Below are positions 28,138 to 38,760 of a stretch of DNA of 54,942 bases, one piece after another (within the stretch, counting starts at the first letter, position 1; each line of letters opens with the position of its first letter). This DNA comes from Lachnospiraceae bacterium (lineage in GTDB: Bacteria > Bacillota > Clostridia > Lachnospirales > Lachnospiraceae). A model generated the notes under the pieces. It was not told the DNA's origin and did not search any database. It worked only from the letters and a program-made list of their open reading frames with translations. Both the position numbers and the translations under genes were made by a program. The DNA is taken from positions 1 through 54,942 of the forward strand of contig JALFTO010000124.1 of assembly GCA_022779165.1 (NCBI GenBank), in the 5' to 3' direction.

Positions 28138-28166
28138 TTGAAAAAAATCCGACATTAGCATATAAT
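28138..28166 (+). promoter_or_regulatory. Sigma-A promoter for miaB
   Basis: TTGAAA (28138-28143)-17 bp-TATAAT (28161-28166). Confidence 0.8.
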
Positions 28167-28202
28167 ATGGAGGCGTATTCTATTCAAAATGAGGAAATAA
28201 GT

Positions 28203-29648
28203 ATGTATAAAGATATCGATTTCGACAGGATCGACCTCACACAGGCGCCTCCCGCGGAGGAGACTGCGCGTCAATATTATTATATCGGAAAGATCAGAAA
28301 CCATATCCGGGAACTGTCGGAGGAGCTGAGCAGGCCTTTGACCGCATCAGTCAAGACGTTCGGCTGTCAGATGAATGCCAGGGACTCCGAAAAGCTTACG
28401 GGGATTTTGGAAGCAGCCGGTTATCAGATCATTGAGTCTGAGGAGGCGGACGTTGTCATTTACAATACGTGTACTGTGCGTGACAATGCAAACCAGAGAG
28501 TGTACGGCAGGCTTGGCGTATTAAACGGCTTCAAAAAGAAGAATCCGCATATGCTCATCGCTCTGTGCGGCTGTATGATGCAGGAACCGTCTGTGATTGA
28601 GAAGATCAAGAAGAGTTATTCGTTCGTGGATCTGATTTTTGGAACACACAATATTTTTAAGTTTGCGGAGCTGTTATACACCAGACTGGAATCCGGGGAT
28701 ATGGTTGTGGATATCTGGAAGGATACGGATCAGATTGTGGAAGATCTGCCGGTGGAGAGGAAATATTCATTCAAGTCCGGCATCAATATTATGTTCGGCT
28801 GTAATAATTTCTGCAGCTACTGTATCGTGCCCTATGTGCGCGGCAGGGAGCGAAGCAGAGAGCCGGAGGAGATCCTGAATGAGATCCGTGCGCTTGCGGA
28901 GGATGGTGTTGTGGAGATCATGCTCCTTGGGCAGAATGTCAACTCCTATGGGAAGAATCTGGAGCATCCGATTTCGTTTGCACAGCTATTAAGAGAGGTG
29001 GAGAAGATTCCCGGTATCAGGAGGATCCGGTTTATGACCTCGCACCCGAAGGATCTCTCAGAGGAACTCATTCAGGTGATGAAGGAGTCAACCAAGATCT
29101 GCAGACATCTGCATCTGCCGCTTCAGTCCGGTTCCACACGGATCTTAAAAGCGATGAACAGACGATATACGAAGGAGCAGTATCTTGAGCTTGCGCTCAG
29201 GATTAGGAAGGAGATTCCGGATATTGCAATCACGACGGATATCATCGTCGGATTTCCGGGAGAAACACCGGAGGATGTGGATGAGACGATTGATGTCGTG
29301 AGACAGGTAGAGTTTGACAATGCTTTTACGTTTATCTATTCCAAACGGACGGGTACGCCTGCTGCCGCTATGGAGAATCAGGTGCCGGAGGAGATCGTAA
29401 AGGAGGGCTTTGACAGACTGCTGTCTGTGGTACAGGAGACCGCAAGGAAACGTGCGGAGGTCTGGGGCGGACAGAGAGCGGAGGTGCTTGTCGAGGAAGT
29501 AAACGAACATGATGCTTCCCTGATGACCGGACGCATGTCCAATAATATGCTGGTTCATTTTCCGGGGGATGCAAGTCTGATCGGAAAGCTCGTCACAGTC
29601 GATCTGGAAGAATGCAGAGGGTTTTATTATATGGGACATAAGATATAG
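28203..29648 (+). CDS. miaB: tRNA-2-methylthio-N6-dimethylallyladenosine synthase MiaB
   Basis: TFGCQMN..DSE, NTCTVR, CGCM, radical-SAM CNNFCSYC, TDIIVGFPGE, C-terminal TRAM domain; ATG 28203 follows GAGG. Confidence 0.96.
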   Translation: MYKDIDFDRIDLTQAPPAEETARQYYYIGKIRNHIRELSEELSRPLTASVKTFGCQMNARDSEKLTGILEAAGYQIIESEEADVVIYNTCTVRDNANQRVYGRLGVLNGFKKKNPHMLIALCGCMMQEPSVIEKIKKSYSFVDLIFGTHNIFKFAELLYTRLESGDMVVDIWKDTDQIVEDLPVERKYSFKSGINIMFGCNNFCSYCIVPYVRGRERSREPEEILNEIRALAEDGVVEIMLLGQNVNSYGKNLEHPISFAQLLREVEKIPGIRRIRFMTSHPKDLSEELIQVMKESTKICRHLHLPLQSGSTRILKAMNRRYTKEQYLELALRIRKEIPDIAITTDIIVGFPGETPEDVDETIDVVRQVEFDNAFTFIYSKRTGTPAAAMENQVPEEIVKEGFDRLLSVVQETARKRAEVWGGQRAEVLVEEVNEHDASLMTGRMSNNMLVHFPGDASLIGKLVTVDLEECRGFYYMGHKI

Positions 29649-29694
29649 TGTCGTCAGACATGATATCGCGCGAATGCACATACTGATGCATCTG

Positions 29695-29723
29695 AAAGCA
29701 GCCTGTAAAACGGTTGCTTTTTG
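29695..29723 (+). terminator. Putative terminator after miaB
   Basis: AAAGCAGCC-loop-GGTTGCTTTTT. Confidence 0.55.
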
Positions 29724-29751
29724 ATAATAAAATACTTATGAGGAAAAGATT

Positions 29752-31416
29752 ATGGAAAAATTAAAACCGAAGTTGTTTTCAGTGATGAAAACGTACACAA
29801 AGGAACAGTTTGTCAAGGATGTGATTGCCGGAATTATTGTTGCGATCATTGCCCTGCCGTTGTCGATTGCGCTGGCGCTCGCATCCGGTGTTACCCCGGA
29901 GAAAGGATTGTATACGGCGATCACCGCCGGCTTTGTGATCTCCTTCCTGGGAGGAAGCCGCGTACAGATTGCGGGTCCGACTGCCGCATTTGCCACCATC
30001 GTTGCGGGAATTGTCGCAAAGAACGGCTTTGAGGGACTTGTGCTCGCAACACTCATGGCGGGTATCTTTCTGATCGCCATGGGACTTTTGCGTCTGGGCA
30101 GTTTGATCAAGTACATCCCTTACACAATCACAACCGGATTTACCTCCGGTATTGCCGTGACTATTCTGGTCGGGCAGTTGAAAGATTTCTTCGGTCTGAC
30201 GGTTGTCAGCGAAGAGCCGTTGATCGAGACGATGGACAAGCTCAAGGCTGTGTTCGTGTTTTTTGATACCTTTAATGTTCAGGCGTTTCTGGTCGGTCTG
30301 GTCAGTCTGGCGATCCTGATCTTCTGGAACAGACTTCCGGGGGTGCTTCAGAAGATCCCACCTTCACTTGTGGCGGTGATCGTCGGCATTGTATTGGTAA
30401 AAGGAATGCACCTGCACGTCAATACGATCGGGGATCTCTATGAGATTTCCAATAAACTGCCTGCCTTTCATATGCCTGCCTTTTCGTTCAAGCTGGTGAG
30501 AAATGTTCTTCCTGACGCTTTTACGATCGCAATTCTGGCAGCAATTGAGTCACTCTTGTCCTGTGTTGTATCGGACGGTATGATCGGAAGCAGACACCGC
30601 TCCAACATGGAGCTGGTTGCACAGGGAGCGGGCAATATTACATCTGCTCTATTCGGAGGTATCCCGGCAACAGGCGCGATCGCGCGTACCGCGGCAAATA
30701 TCAAGAACGGCGGACGTACGCCCATAGCAGGTATGGTGCATGCGGTGACATTGCTTTTGATCCTGGTGGTGCTGATGCCGTATGCGGCACTGATCCCGAT
30801 GCCGGTTATCGCTGCAATCTTGTTTATGGTCGCTTATAATATGTCAGAATGGCGGAAATTCAGATATCTGTTAAAAACTTCGCCCAAAAGTGATATTATT
30901 GTATTGGTGACAACTTTCATTCTGACCGTTGTCTTTGATCTGGTCGTGGCGATCGAAATCGGAATCTTGCTGGCAGCGCTTCTGTTCATGAAACGCATGA
31001 GCGATGAGACGGATGTTGAGGGATGGAAGTACATCGAGGAAGAGGATGATCCGGAGAACATTAATCTGATGGCGGTTCCCGCCCACACCAAAGTATATGA
31101 GATGAGCGGTCCGATGTTCTTCGCGGCAGCGGACAAGATCCTTACCATCACGCCGGCGGATGAGGATGATTGTCTTGTCCTTCGCATGAGAAGCGTGAAT
31201 GCGATCGACGCGACGGCAATGCATTCACTTGAGACGTTGTTTGATAAGTGTACCAGGAAGAAGATTACGATGATATTCTCCCACGTAAATTCACAGCCGA
31301 TGTCCGTTATGGAGAAAGCAGGATTTGTGGATAAGGTCGGAAGAGACAATTTCTGTGACCATATAGAAGCGGCGCTGCAGCGCGCAGCTGACCTGAAAGG
31401 AAATCAGAATCATTAA
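29752..31416 (+). CDS. SulP/SLC26 family anion permease with STAS domain
   Basis: D..AG..VAI.ALPL..A.A..SG..P..GLY, GGS..QI.GPT, N.EL.AQG.GN, ART..N; STAS GP.FF..A and IDAT. Confidence 0.93.
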   Translation: MEKLKPKLFSVMKTYTKEQFVKDVIAGIIVAIIALPLSIALALASGVTPEKGLYTAITAGFVISFLGGSRVQIAGPTAAFATIVAGIVAKNGFEGLVLATLMAGIFLIAMGLLRLGSLIKYIPYTITTGFTSGIAVTILVGQLKDFFGLTVVSEEPLIETMDKLKAVFVFFDTFNVQAFLVGLVSLAILIFWNRLPGVLQKIPPSLVAVIVGIVLVKGMHLHVNTIGDLYEISNKLPAFHMPAFSFKLVRNVLPDAFTIAILAAIESLLSCVVSDGMIGSRHRSNMELVAQGAGNITSALFGGIPATGAIARTAANIKNGGRTPIAGMVHAVTLLLILVVLMPYAALIPMPVIAAILFMVAYNMSEWRKFRYLLKTSPKSDIIVLVTTFILTVVFDLVVAIEIGILLAALLFMKRMSDETDVEGWKYIEEEDDPENINLMAVPAHTKVYEMSGPMFFAAADKILTITPADEDDCLVLRMRSVNAIDATAMHSLETLFDKCTRKKITMIFSHVNSQPMSVMEKAGFVDKVGRDNFCDHIEAALQRAADLKGNQNH

Positions 31417-31434
31417 GAACAGGAGATAAGATAA

Positions 31435-34083
31435 GTGGCAGAGCTTACGCCGATGATGCAGCAGTATATGGAGACCAAGGAGCAGTACAAGGACTGTATC
31501 CTGTTTTACCGTCTGGGTGATTTCTATGAAATGTTCTTTGAGGATGCCAAGATTGCTTCTAAGGAACTGGAGCTTACCCTGACGGGCAAAAGCTGTGGTC
31601 AGGAGGAACGTGCGCCGATGTGCGGCGTTCCCTACCACGCGGTCGAGAGTTATCTGAATAAAATGGTGTCAAAGGGCTACAAGGTTGCAATCTGTGAGCA
31701 GATGGAGGATCCGAAGCTTGCCAAAGGCATTGTGAAGCGTGAAGTGGTGCGGATCGTGACTCCGGGAACGAATCTCAATGTCCAGGCGCTTGAGGAAACG
31801 AAAAACAATTATCTGATGTGCGTTGCTTATTTTGAGGGCAGAATCGGGGTGTCTGTCGCAGATGTCACAACCGGAGATTATTATCTGACAGAGGTGGAGG
31901 ATCATAAGAAACTGCTCGATGAGATCAATAAATATGCGCCTTCGGAGATCATCTGCAACGATGCGCTGATCGTCAGCGGAATCGACCTGGAGGATCTGAA
32001 AGGGCGGCTTCATATCACGGTATTTACTTTGGAACCGTATTATTTTGACGAGAGTAATTGTATCCGTTGTCTGACACAGCATTTTCATGTGAATACACTG
32101 GATGGGCTTGGGATCGGTGATTTCCAGAACGGTGTGATCGCTGCCGGCAGTCTTTTGCAGTATCTGTATGATACACAGAAAATGCCTTTGAATCATTTTA
32201 CGCATATTTATCCGTATCTGACGAGCAAATATATGCTGCTTGATTCTTCTACGAGAAGGAATCTGGAGTTGACGGAAACACTCAGGGAGAAACAGAAACG
32301 AGGATCTCTTCTGTGGGTGCTTGATAAGACGAAAACGGCTATGGGCGCCAGAATGTTACGTACCTGGCTGGAGCAGCCTCTGATCGAAAAGGATGAGATT
32401 GAGAAACGTCTGGATGCGGTGGATGAGTTCTGCAATAAGCCGGTTGTCCGAGATGAGATCCGGGAATACCTGAATCCGGTCTATGATTTGGAACGACTCC
32501 TGGGGAAAGTCAGCTATAAGACGGCCAATCCCAGAGATCTGCTCGCCTTCCGCAATTCACTGTCCATGCTGCCGCATATCAAGACGGTGCTTGGTGAGTG
32601 CACTGCGGAATATCTGATGAAAATCGAAGATGAGACGGATGCGCTGGAGGATATCTGTGCGCTGATACAGGATTCCATTATTGAGGAACCGCCCATTTCC
32701 ATCAGGGAGGGAGGAATCATCAAAGAGGGCTTTGACGAGGATATTGATAAACTCCGCCATGCCAAGACGGAAGGGAAGACCTGGCTTGCAGAGTTGGAGG
32801 AGACGGACAGGGAGCGAACCGGGATCAAGAATCTGCGGATTAAATATAACAAAGTATTTGGTTATTATTTTGAGGTGACAAATTCGTATCGGGATCTGGT
32901 ACCGGAGGATTATATCAGGAAACAGACGCTTGCAAACGCGGAGCGGTATACCACGCCACGTTTAAAAGAACTTGAGGATATGATCCTGAATGCAGAGGAC
33001 AAACTGTGTACACTGGAATACGATGCGTTCTGCAGGATCAGGGATACGATCGCAGGTCAGATTCAGAGGATCCAGTGCACGGCTAAGGCGGTGGCAAGGC
33101 TTGATGTGTTTGCATCTCTTTCGATCGTTGCGGAGCACAACCATTATGTGCGCCCGAAACTGAATGAAAAGGGAATTATCGATATCAAGGACGGCCGCCA
33201 TCCTGTGGTGGAACAGATGATCCAAAATGATATGTTCATTGCCAACGACACCTTTTTGGACAATAACCGGAATTGTATCTCAATCATCACCGGACCCAAC
33301 ATGGCGGGAAAATCCACTTATATGCGACAAAGCGCACTGATTGTCCTGATGGCTCAGATGGGATCTTTTGTTCCGGCAAAAAAGGCGGATATCGGCATCG
33401 TGGACAGGATCTTTACGAGAGTCGGGGCTTCGGATGATCTGGCGAGTGGTCAGAGTACCTTTATGGTGGAGATGAATGAGGTGGCAAATATTTTGAGAAA
33501 TGCGACCTCGAACAGTCTGCTGATCTTAGATGAGATCGGACGCGGTACATCGACTTTTGACGGGCTTTCCATCGCATGGGCTGTGATTGAACATATCAGC
33601 AACCGCAAAATTCTCGGGGCCAAAACGCTCTTTGCGACGCATTACCACGAACTGACGGAACTGGAAGGCAAGATGAACAATGTCAATAATTACTGCATTG
33701 CAGTGAAGGAAAAAGGTGATGATATTGTGTTCCTGCGTAAGATCATCAAGGGCGGTGCGGATAAGAGCTACGGCATTCAGGTGGCGAGACTTGCCGGTGT
33801 GCCCGATATGGTGATCGACCGGGCGAAAGAGATTGCAGATCAGCTGATGGACAATGATATCATCGAGAAGGTTCAGAGCATTGCGGTGGATCATTCCAAA
33901 AATGAAAAGAAAAAAGTGACTCATTATGACGAAGTCGATCTGACACAAATGTCATTATTTGATACGGTGAAGGATGAGGATGTACTGGAAGAATTAAAAA
34001 ATATAGACATCAGTAATCTGACTCCGCTCGATGCCTTGAATACACTTTATCAGCTACAGAATAAATTGAAAAACAGGTGGTAG
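31435..34083 (+). CDS. mutS: DNA mismatch repair protein MutS
   Basis: TPMMQQY, GDFYEMF, TGPNMAGKSTYMRQ, DE.GRGTST.DG, SYGIQVA.LAG. Confidence 0.98.
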   Translation: MAELTPMMQQYMETKEQYKDCILFYRLGDFYEMFFEDAKIASKELELTLTGKSCGQEERAPMCGVPYHAVESYLNKMVSKGYKVAICEQMEDPKLAKGIVKREVVRIVTPGTNLNVQALEETKNNYLMCVAYFEGRIGVSVADVTTGDYYLTEVEDHKKLLDEINKYAPSEIICNDALIVSGIDLEDLKGRLHITVFTLEPYYFDESNCIRCLTQHFHVNTLDGLGIGDFQNGVIAAGSLLQYLYDTQKMPLNHFTHIYPYLTSKYMLLDSSTRRNLELTETLREKQKRGSLLWVLDKTKTAMGARMLRTWLEQPLIEKDEIEKRLDAVDEFCNKPVVRDEIREYLNPVYDLERLLGKVSYKTANPRDLLAFRNSLSMLPHIKTVLGECTAEYLMKIEDETDALEDICALIQDSIIEEPPISIREGGIIKEGFDEDIDKLRHAKTEGKTWLAELEETDRERTGIKNLRIKYNKVFGYYFEVTNSYRDLVPEDYIRKQTLANAERYTTPRLKELEDMILNAEDKLCTLEYDAFCRIRDTIAGQIQRIQCTAKAVARLDVFASLSIVAEHNHYVRPKLNEKGIIDIKDGRHPVVEQMIQNDMFIANDTFLDNNRNCISIITGPNMAGKSTYMRQSALIVLMAQMGSFVPAKKADIGIVDRIFTRVGASDDLASGQSTFMVEMNEVANILRNATSNSLLILDEIGRGTSTFDGLSIAWAVIEHISNRKILGAKTLFATHYHELTELEGKMNNVNNYCIAVKEKGDDIVFLRKIIKGGADKSYGIQVARLAGVPDMVIDRAKEIADQLMDNDIIEKVQSIAVDHSKNEKKKVTHYDEVDLTQMSLFDTVKDEDVLEELKNIDISNLTPLDALNTLYQLQNKLKNRW

Positions 34084-34142
34084 TTTGGAAGTGAATTTCC
34101 AAATCCGGCTGAGGGCAAAACAGTGCCATGAAAGAGGAAAAT

Positions 34143-36110
34143 ATGAGAGAGATACGTGTCCTGGACAGCAGCACAATTGATAAGATTGCCGCCGGTGAGG
34201 TGGTGGAACGCCCTGCAAGTGTGGTGAAGGAATTGGTGGAAAACGCCATGGATTCCCATGCGAGCGCCATCACGGTCGAGATCAGGGACGGCGGAATCGG
34301 ATTGATCCGTGTGACGGATGACGGTGACGGCATTGAGAAGAGTCAGGTGTCAAAAGCGTTTTACCGACATGCGACCAGCAAGATACAGACAGCGGAGGAT
34401 TTGACAAGAGTCATGAGTCTCGGGTTCAGAGGAGAGGCGTTGTCCAGTATCTGTGCCGTTGCCCAGGTGGAGATGATCACCCGCACGAAGGATGCATTGA
34501 CCGGTATCCGGTATGTGATCGAAGGAGGCACAGAGAAGTCGTCGGAGGAGATCGGCGCGCCCGAGGGGACTACTGTTATCGTGCGGAATCTGTTCTTTAA
34601 TGTGCCGGCAAGACGCAAGTTCTTAAAGACGGCACAGTCGGAGGCGGGACATGTGGCGGATCTTATGGAACATCTGGCATTATCCCATCCATCTGTATCA
34701 TTCAAATTGATGATTAACGGTCAGCTCAAGTTCCATACGACCGGAAACGGTGACAGACGTGAGATCGTTTATCGCATTTATGGGCGTGACATCGCAGGAG
34801 AGCTGGTTCCGATAGAACGGGAGGAAAACGGATATCATGTAAATGGCCTTCTCGGTACACCTGTGATCGGACGTGCAAACCGCAATTTTGAACATACCTT
34901 TATCAACGGTCGTTATATCAAAAGCGCCGTGATCGCAAAGGCTGCGGAGGACGGGTACAAACCTTACCTGATGCAGCACAAATATCCCTTTTTCCTACTT
35001 GATATCAGGATGGAGCCGGATATGCTGGATGTGAATGTGCATCCTGCCAAAATGGAGGTGCGGTTTCATCAGCAGATGGCGGTATCCGATTTTATCTATC
35101 GTGCAGTGTCGGATGTCCTGTCAGGGAAAGAGATGATCAAAGAAGTAAAACTGTCAGAGAAAGAAGACCGGGAAGCGGAACAGGCAGAACGTAGGGAACT
35201 TGAGCGTGTTCCCGTTCCTGAGCCGTTTGAAAAGACTGCGAGATTGCTTAAAGAATCGCATGAAAAGGAGGAAAGGCTGCGCGAGGAGCCGCTGTATCAG
35301 GCAAACCATCTGCCTGAGATTGCTCCTAATCCGGAAAAAACTTCTGATATTGGAAAATCTGCGGCTGCAGTCGGCAGTATTGTTTCCAGAATATTCGGAG
35401 AGAATCCTTCAAACGGAGACTCTGTCAGCCGAAATACGTACGGCAATGTCATCAAGAAGGACCAGCACATCTTTGTTGAGAAACCGGAGCAGCTCAATTT
35501 CTTTGATGAGAAAATCCTTACAAAAAATGCCAGAGAGGAATACCGTGTGCTGGGACAGATCTTTGACACCTACTGGATCGTCGCTTTCCGTGACAAGGTG
35601 CTCTTTATCGATCAGCATGCCGCACATGAAAAAATAATGTATGAGAGGCTTCTTCATCGTCTGGAGGAAAAACAGGTTACTTCCCAGAATCTGAATCCTC
35701 CTGTGATTGTCACTTTGTCCGGGAAAGATGAAGCGGTGTATCAGCAGTATCGGGATTATTTTGCTTCGATCGGTTTTGAAGTGGAACACTTCGGAGGCAG
35801 CGAATATGCCATAAGGAGTGTGCCGACGGATCTCTACGGCTGTGATGAAAAGCAGTTGTTCGAGGAGATTCTTACGGAAATTGCCGACGGACAGATTAAG
35901 GGCGCACCTGACGTGGTTGCCCAGAAGCTTGCGTCCATGGCGTGCAAGGCTGCAATCAAAGGAAATCATTCCTACAGTCAGGCAGAGGCGGAGAAACTGA
36001 TCGATGAACTGCTTGAACTGGATAATCCGTACCACTGTCCTCATGGAAGACCGACTATTATCTCAATGAGCAAATATGAGATGGAAAGGAAGTTCAACCG
36101 CATTGTGTGA
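34143..36110 (+). CDS. mutL: DNA mismatch repair endonuclease MutL
   Basis: IAAGEVVERPASVVKELVEN, GFRGEAL.SI, DQHAAHE...YE, ACK, CPHGRP. Confidence 0.98.
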   Translation: MREIRVLDSSTIDKIAAGEVVERPASVVKELVENAMDSHASAITVEIRDGGIGLIRVTDDGDGIEKSQVSKAFYRHATSKIQTAEDLTRVMSLGFRGEALSSICAVAQVEMITRTKDALTGIRYVIEGGTEKSSEEIGAPEGTTVIVRNLFFNVPARRKFLKTAQSEAGHVADLMEHLALSHPSVSFKLMINGQLKFHTTGNGDRREIVYRIYGRDIAGELVPIEREENGYHVNGLLGTPVIGRANRNFEHTFINGRYIKSAVIAKAAEDGYKPYLMQHKYPFFLLDIRMEPDMLDVNVHPAKMEVRFHQQMAVSDFIYRAVSDVLSGKEMIKEVKLSEKEDREAEQAERRELERVPVPEPFEKTARLLKESHEKEERLREEPLYQANHLPEIAPNPEKTSDIGKSAAAVGSIVSRIFGENPSNGDSVSRNTYGNVIKKDQHIFVEKPEQLNFFDEKILTKNAREEYRVLGQIFDTYWIVAFRDKVLFIDQHAAHEKIMYERLLHRLEEKQVTSQNLNPPVIVTLSGKDEAVYQQYRDYFASIGFEVEHFGGSEYAIRSVPTDLYGCDEKQLFEEILTEIADGQIKGAPDVVAQKLASMACKAAIKGNHSYSQAEAEKLIDELLELDNPYHCPHGRPTIISMSKYEMERKFNRIV

Positions 36111-37086
36111 AAAGAATATCAAGAAGCCTCCGTTACTGATCCTGACCGGTCCTACCTCCGTTGGGAAGTCAGCTCTGTCCATCGCGCTGGCAAAGGCGGT
36201 AGACGGCGAGATCATTTCCGCGGATTCCATGCAGGTATATCGCTATATGGATATCGGCTCGGCCAAGATCACGGGAGAGCAGATGCAGGGAGTGTCTCAT
36301 CATATGATTGATATTCTGGATCCGTCGGAATCGTTCAATATCAATCTGTTTCAGAAAAGGGCGAAGGAGTATATCCGTGAGATTTATGACAGAGGACATA
36401 TTCCCATTCTGGTGGGCGGTACAGGATTCTATATCCAATCCGTGCTTTATGACATTGATTTTACGGAAGAATCGGAGCCTCAGACGTACCGGTCGGAATT
36501 GGAGCGGCTGGCAGAGCAGAAAGGACCGGAATATCTGCATGAGATGCTCGCTTCGCTCGATCCGGAATCGGCGCAGACAATCCATCCCAACAATGTTAAG
36601 AGAGTGATTCGTGCCCTTGAGTATTATCAGAGCACAGGGGATAAAATATCCGCTCATAACCGGTCGGAGCGGGAAAAGGAGGCTGCTTACAACGCCTGCT
36701 ATTTTGTCCTGAATGATGACAGGGCAAAGATTTATGAGCGTATCGACCGTCGTGTCGATCAGATGATGGGACAGGGACTTGTGGAGGAAGTGAAGCATCT
36801 GCAGTCTATGGGCATGACAAGAGATATGGTTTCCATGCAGGGGCTTGGTTATAAGGAGATCCTAGCTTATCTGGAGGGTGAGATCTCTCTGGAGCGGGCA
36901 GTGTATCTGATCAAACGCGACACCAGACATTTTGCCAAGAGGCAGCTCACCTGGTTTCGCAGGGAGCGGGATGTAATCTGGGTGAACAAGCAGGAATTTG
37001 ATTATCAGGAAGACAGAATCCTTGATCATATGATACGCAATATGCGTGAGCGTGGTATGATCGCAGGAGAGAGTGAGGCTAAATAA
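36103..37086 (+). CDS. miaA: tRNA dimethylallyltransferase MiaA
   Basis: GPTSVGKS, ISADSMQVY..MDIGSAK, VGGTGFY, AKRQLTWFR; start uncertain (TTG 36103). Confidence 0.95.
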   Translation: MCEKNIKKPPLLILTGPTSVGKSALSIALAKAVDGEIISADSMQVYRYMDIGSAKITGEQMQGVSHHMIDILDPSESFNINLFQKRAKEYIREIYDRGHIPILVGGTGFYIQSVLYDIDFTEESEPQTYRSELERLAEQKGPEYLHEMLASLDPESAQTIHPNNVKRVIRALEYYQSTGDKISAHNRSEREKEAAYNACYFVLNDDRAKIYERIDRRVDQMMGQGLVEEVKHLQSMGMTRDMVSMQGLGYKEILAYLEGEISLERAVYLIKRDTRHFAKRQLTWFRRERDVIWVNKQEFDYQEDRILDHMIRNMRERGMIAGESEAK

Positions 37087-37087
37087 T

Positions 37088-38386
37088 ATGGGACAGAACA
37101 CAACATTACAGGAACAGTATGAGAGACTTGGCATTTCGGAGGAGGTTTTCCGGTTCGGAGAGCAGGTGCTAACGGAACTGAAGGAACGATTTGAGGAGAT
37201 TGACCGGATTGCAGAATATAATCAGTTAAAAGTAGTGAAAGCGATGCAGGATGCGAAGGTCAGTGAGGCGTGTCTTTGTGGTACGACCGGCTACGGATAT
37301 AACGATCTGGGACGTGAGACACTCGAGAAGGTCTATGCGAATGTGTTTCACACGGAGGATGCGCTGGTACGACCGCAGATTACATGCGGTACCCATGCAC
37401 TGGCGCTTGCATTGATGAGCAACCTGCGTCCGGGAGATGAGCTTCTCTCCCCGGTGGGAAAGCCCTATGATACCCTTGAGGAAGTGATCGGAATCAGGGA
37501 TTCCAGGGGATCCCTGAGAGAATACGGCATCTCATACCGTCAGGTAGATCTGCTTCCTGACGGCAGTTTTGATTACGATAATATTGCAAAAGCGCTGAGT
37601 GAGCGCACAAAACTTGTGACAATACAGCGGTCAAAGGGCTATCAGACCAGACCGACGCTTTCAGTTGACAGGATCGGTGAATTGATCCGATTTATTAAGG
37701 AACGAAAGCCTGATGTTATCTGCATGGTGGATAACTGTTACGGGGAATTTGTGGAGACGAGAGAGCCTGCCGATGTCGGAGCGGACATGGTTGTCGGGTC
37801 GCTCATCAAAAACCCCGGCGGCGGTCTTGCCCCGATTGGCGGGTACATTGCCGGAAAGAAAGAATGTGTGGAAAACGCCGCCTTTCGTCTGACATCTCCC
37901 GGGCTTGGCAAGGAGGTTGGCGCTTCTTTAAGTGCACTGCCGGCGTTTTATCAGGGACTGTTTCTTGCCCCGACCGTGACTGCGGGCGCTCTGAAAGGGG
38001 CTGTCTTTGCGGCAAATCTGTATGAGCGTATGGGATTTGCTGTGGTGCCGGATTCCAAAGAATCCAGACACGATATCATTCAGGCGGTGACGTTCGGCAA
38101 TCCAGAGGCAGTGATCGCATTCTGTCAGGGAATTCAGGCGGCAGCTCCGGTTGACAGTTTTGTAACACCGGAGCCGTGGGATATGCCCGGGTATGATGCG
38201 CAGGTGATTATGGCGGCGGGTGCTTTTGTCTCCGGTTCTTCAATCGAACTGTCTGCCGACGGTCCGATTAAACCGCCTTATGCAGTCTATTTTCAAGGAG
38301 GATTGACCTGGCAGCACGCAAAGCTCGGGATTTTGAAATCCGTGCAGTCCCTGGTCGAAAAAGGTCTTGCAACCGTTGTTTTTTGA
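37088..38386 (+). CDS. YnbB / methionine gamma-lyase-family (aluminium-resistance) PLP enzyme
   Basis: TGYGYND.GR, IQRSKGY, VDNCYGEF, GSLIKNPGGG, SIELSADGP. Confidence 0.9.
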   Translation: MGQNTTLQEQYERLGISEEVFRFGEQVLTELKERFEEIDRIAEYNQLKVVKAMQDAKVSEACLCGTTGYGYNDLGRETLEKVYANVFHTEDALVRPQITCGTHALALALMSNLRPGDELLSPVGKPYDTLEEVIGIRDSRGSLREYGISYRQVDLLPDGSFDYDNIAKALSERTKLVTIQRSKGYQTRPTLSVDRIGELIRFIKERKPDVICMVDNCYGEFVETREPADVGADMVVGSLIKNPGGGLAPIGGYIAGKKECVENAAFRLTSPGLGKEVGASLSALPAFYQGLFLAPTVTAGALKGAVFAANLYERMGFAVVPDSKESRHDIIQAVTFGNPEAVIAFCQGIQAAAPVDSFVTPEPWDMPGYDAQVIMAAGAFVSGSSIELSADGPIKPPYAVYFQGGLTWQHAKLGILKSVQSLVEKGLATVVF

Positions 38387-38473
38387 GGAGTTGTGTCAAA
38401 AAAATTTCGGGAAATTTTATATACATAAAAGGGGAATTGTGGTAAGATTAACAACGTACAAAAGGAGACTGAC

Positions 38474-38716
38474 ATGAAGGGAAAAAATCGTTGGACCTTA
38501 TTTCTGCTGATCCTTGCGGGATTGGTTCTGGGCGGTCTGATCGGCAATGTATTTCCTGCGGATAACTGGATCAATTACGGACAGACGTTTGGATTGTCAT
38601 CGCCGGTAGTTCTTGATCTTGGGATATTGTGCCTTACGTTCGGGATGACGATCAAGATTACGGTGGCAAGTCTGATCGGTATTGCCATCGGTATTGTGGT
38701 TTATCGCTTTTTGTAA
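38474..38716 (+). CDS. DUF4321 small membrane protein
   Basis: 80 aa, hydrophobic; LDLG....TFG..I.I...S.IG motif; position upstream of radC-mreB. Confidence 0.8.
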   Translation: MKGKNRWTLFLLILAGLVLGGLIGNVFPADNWINYGQTFGLSSPVVLDLGILCLTFGMTIKITVASLIGIAIGIVVYRFL

Positions 38717-38760
38717 GCTGTAAGGGGATTGCCTGTCCGTGTGAGAACCGGAATCAGGGT

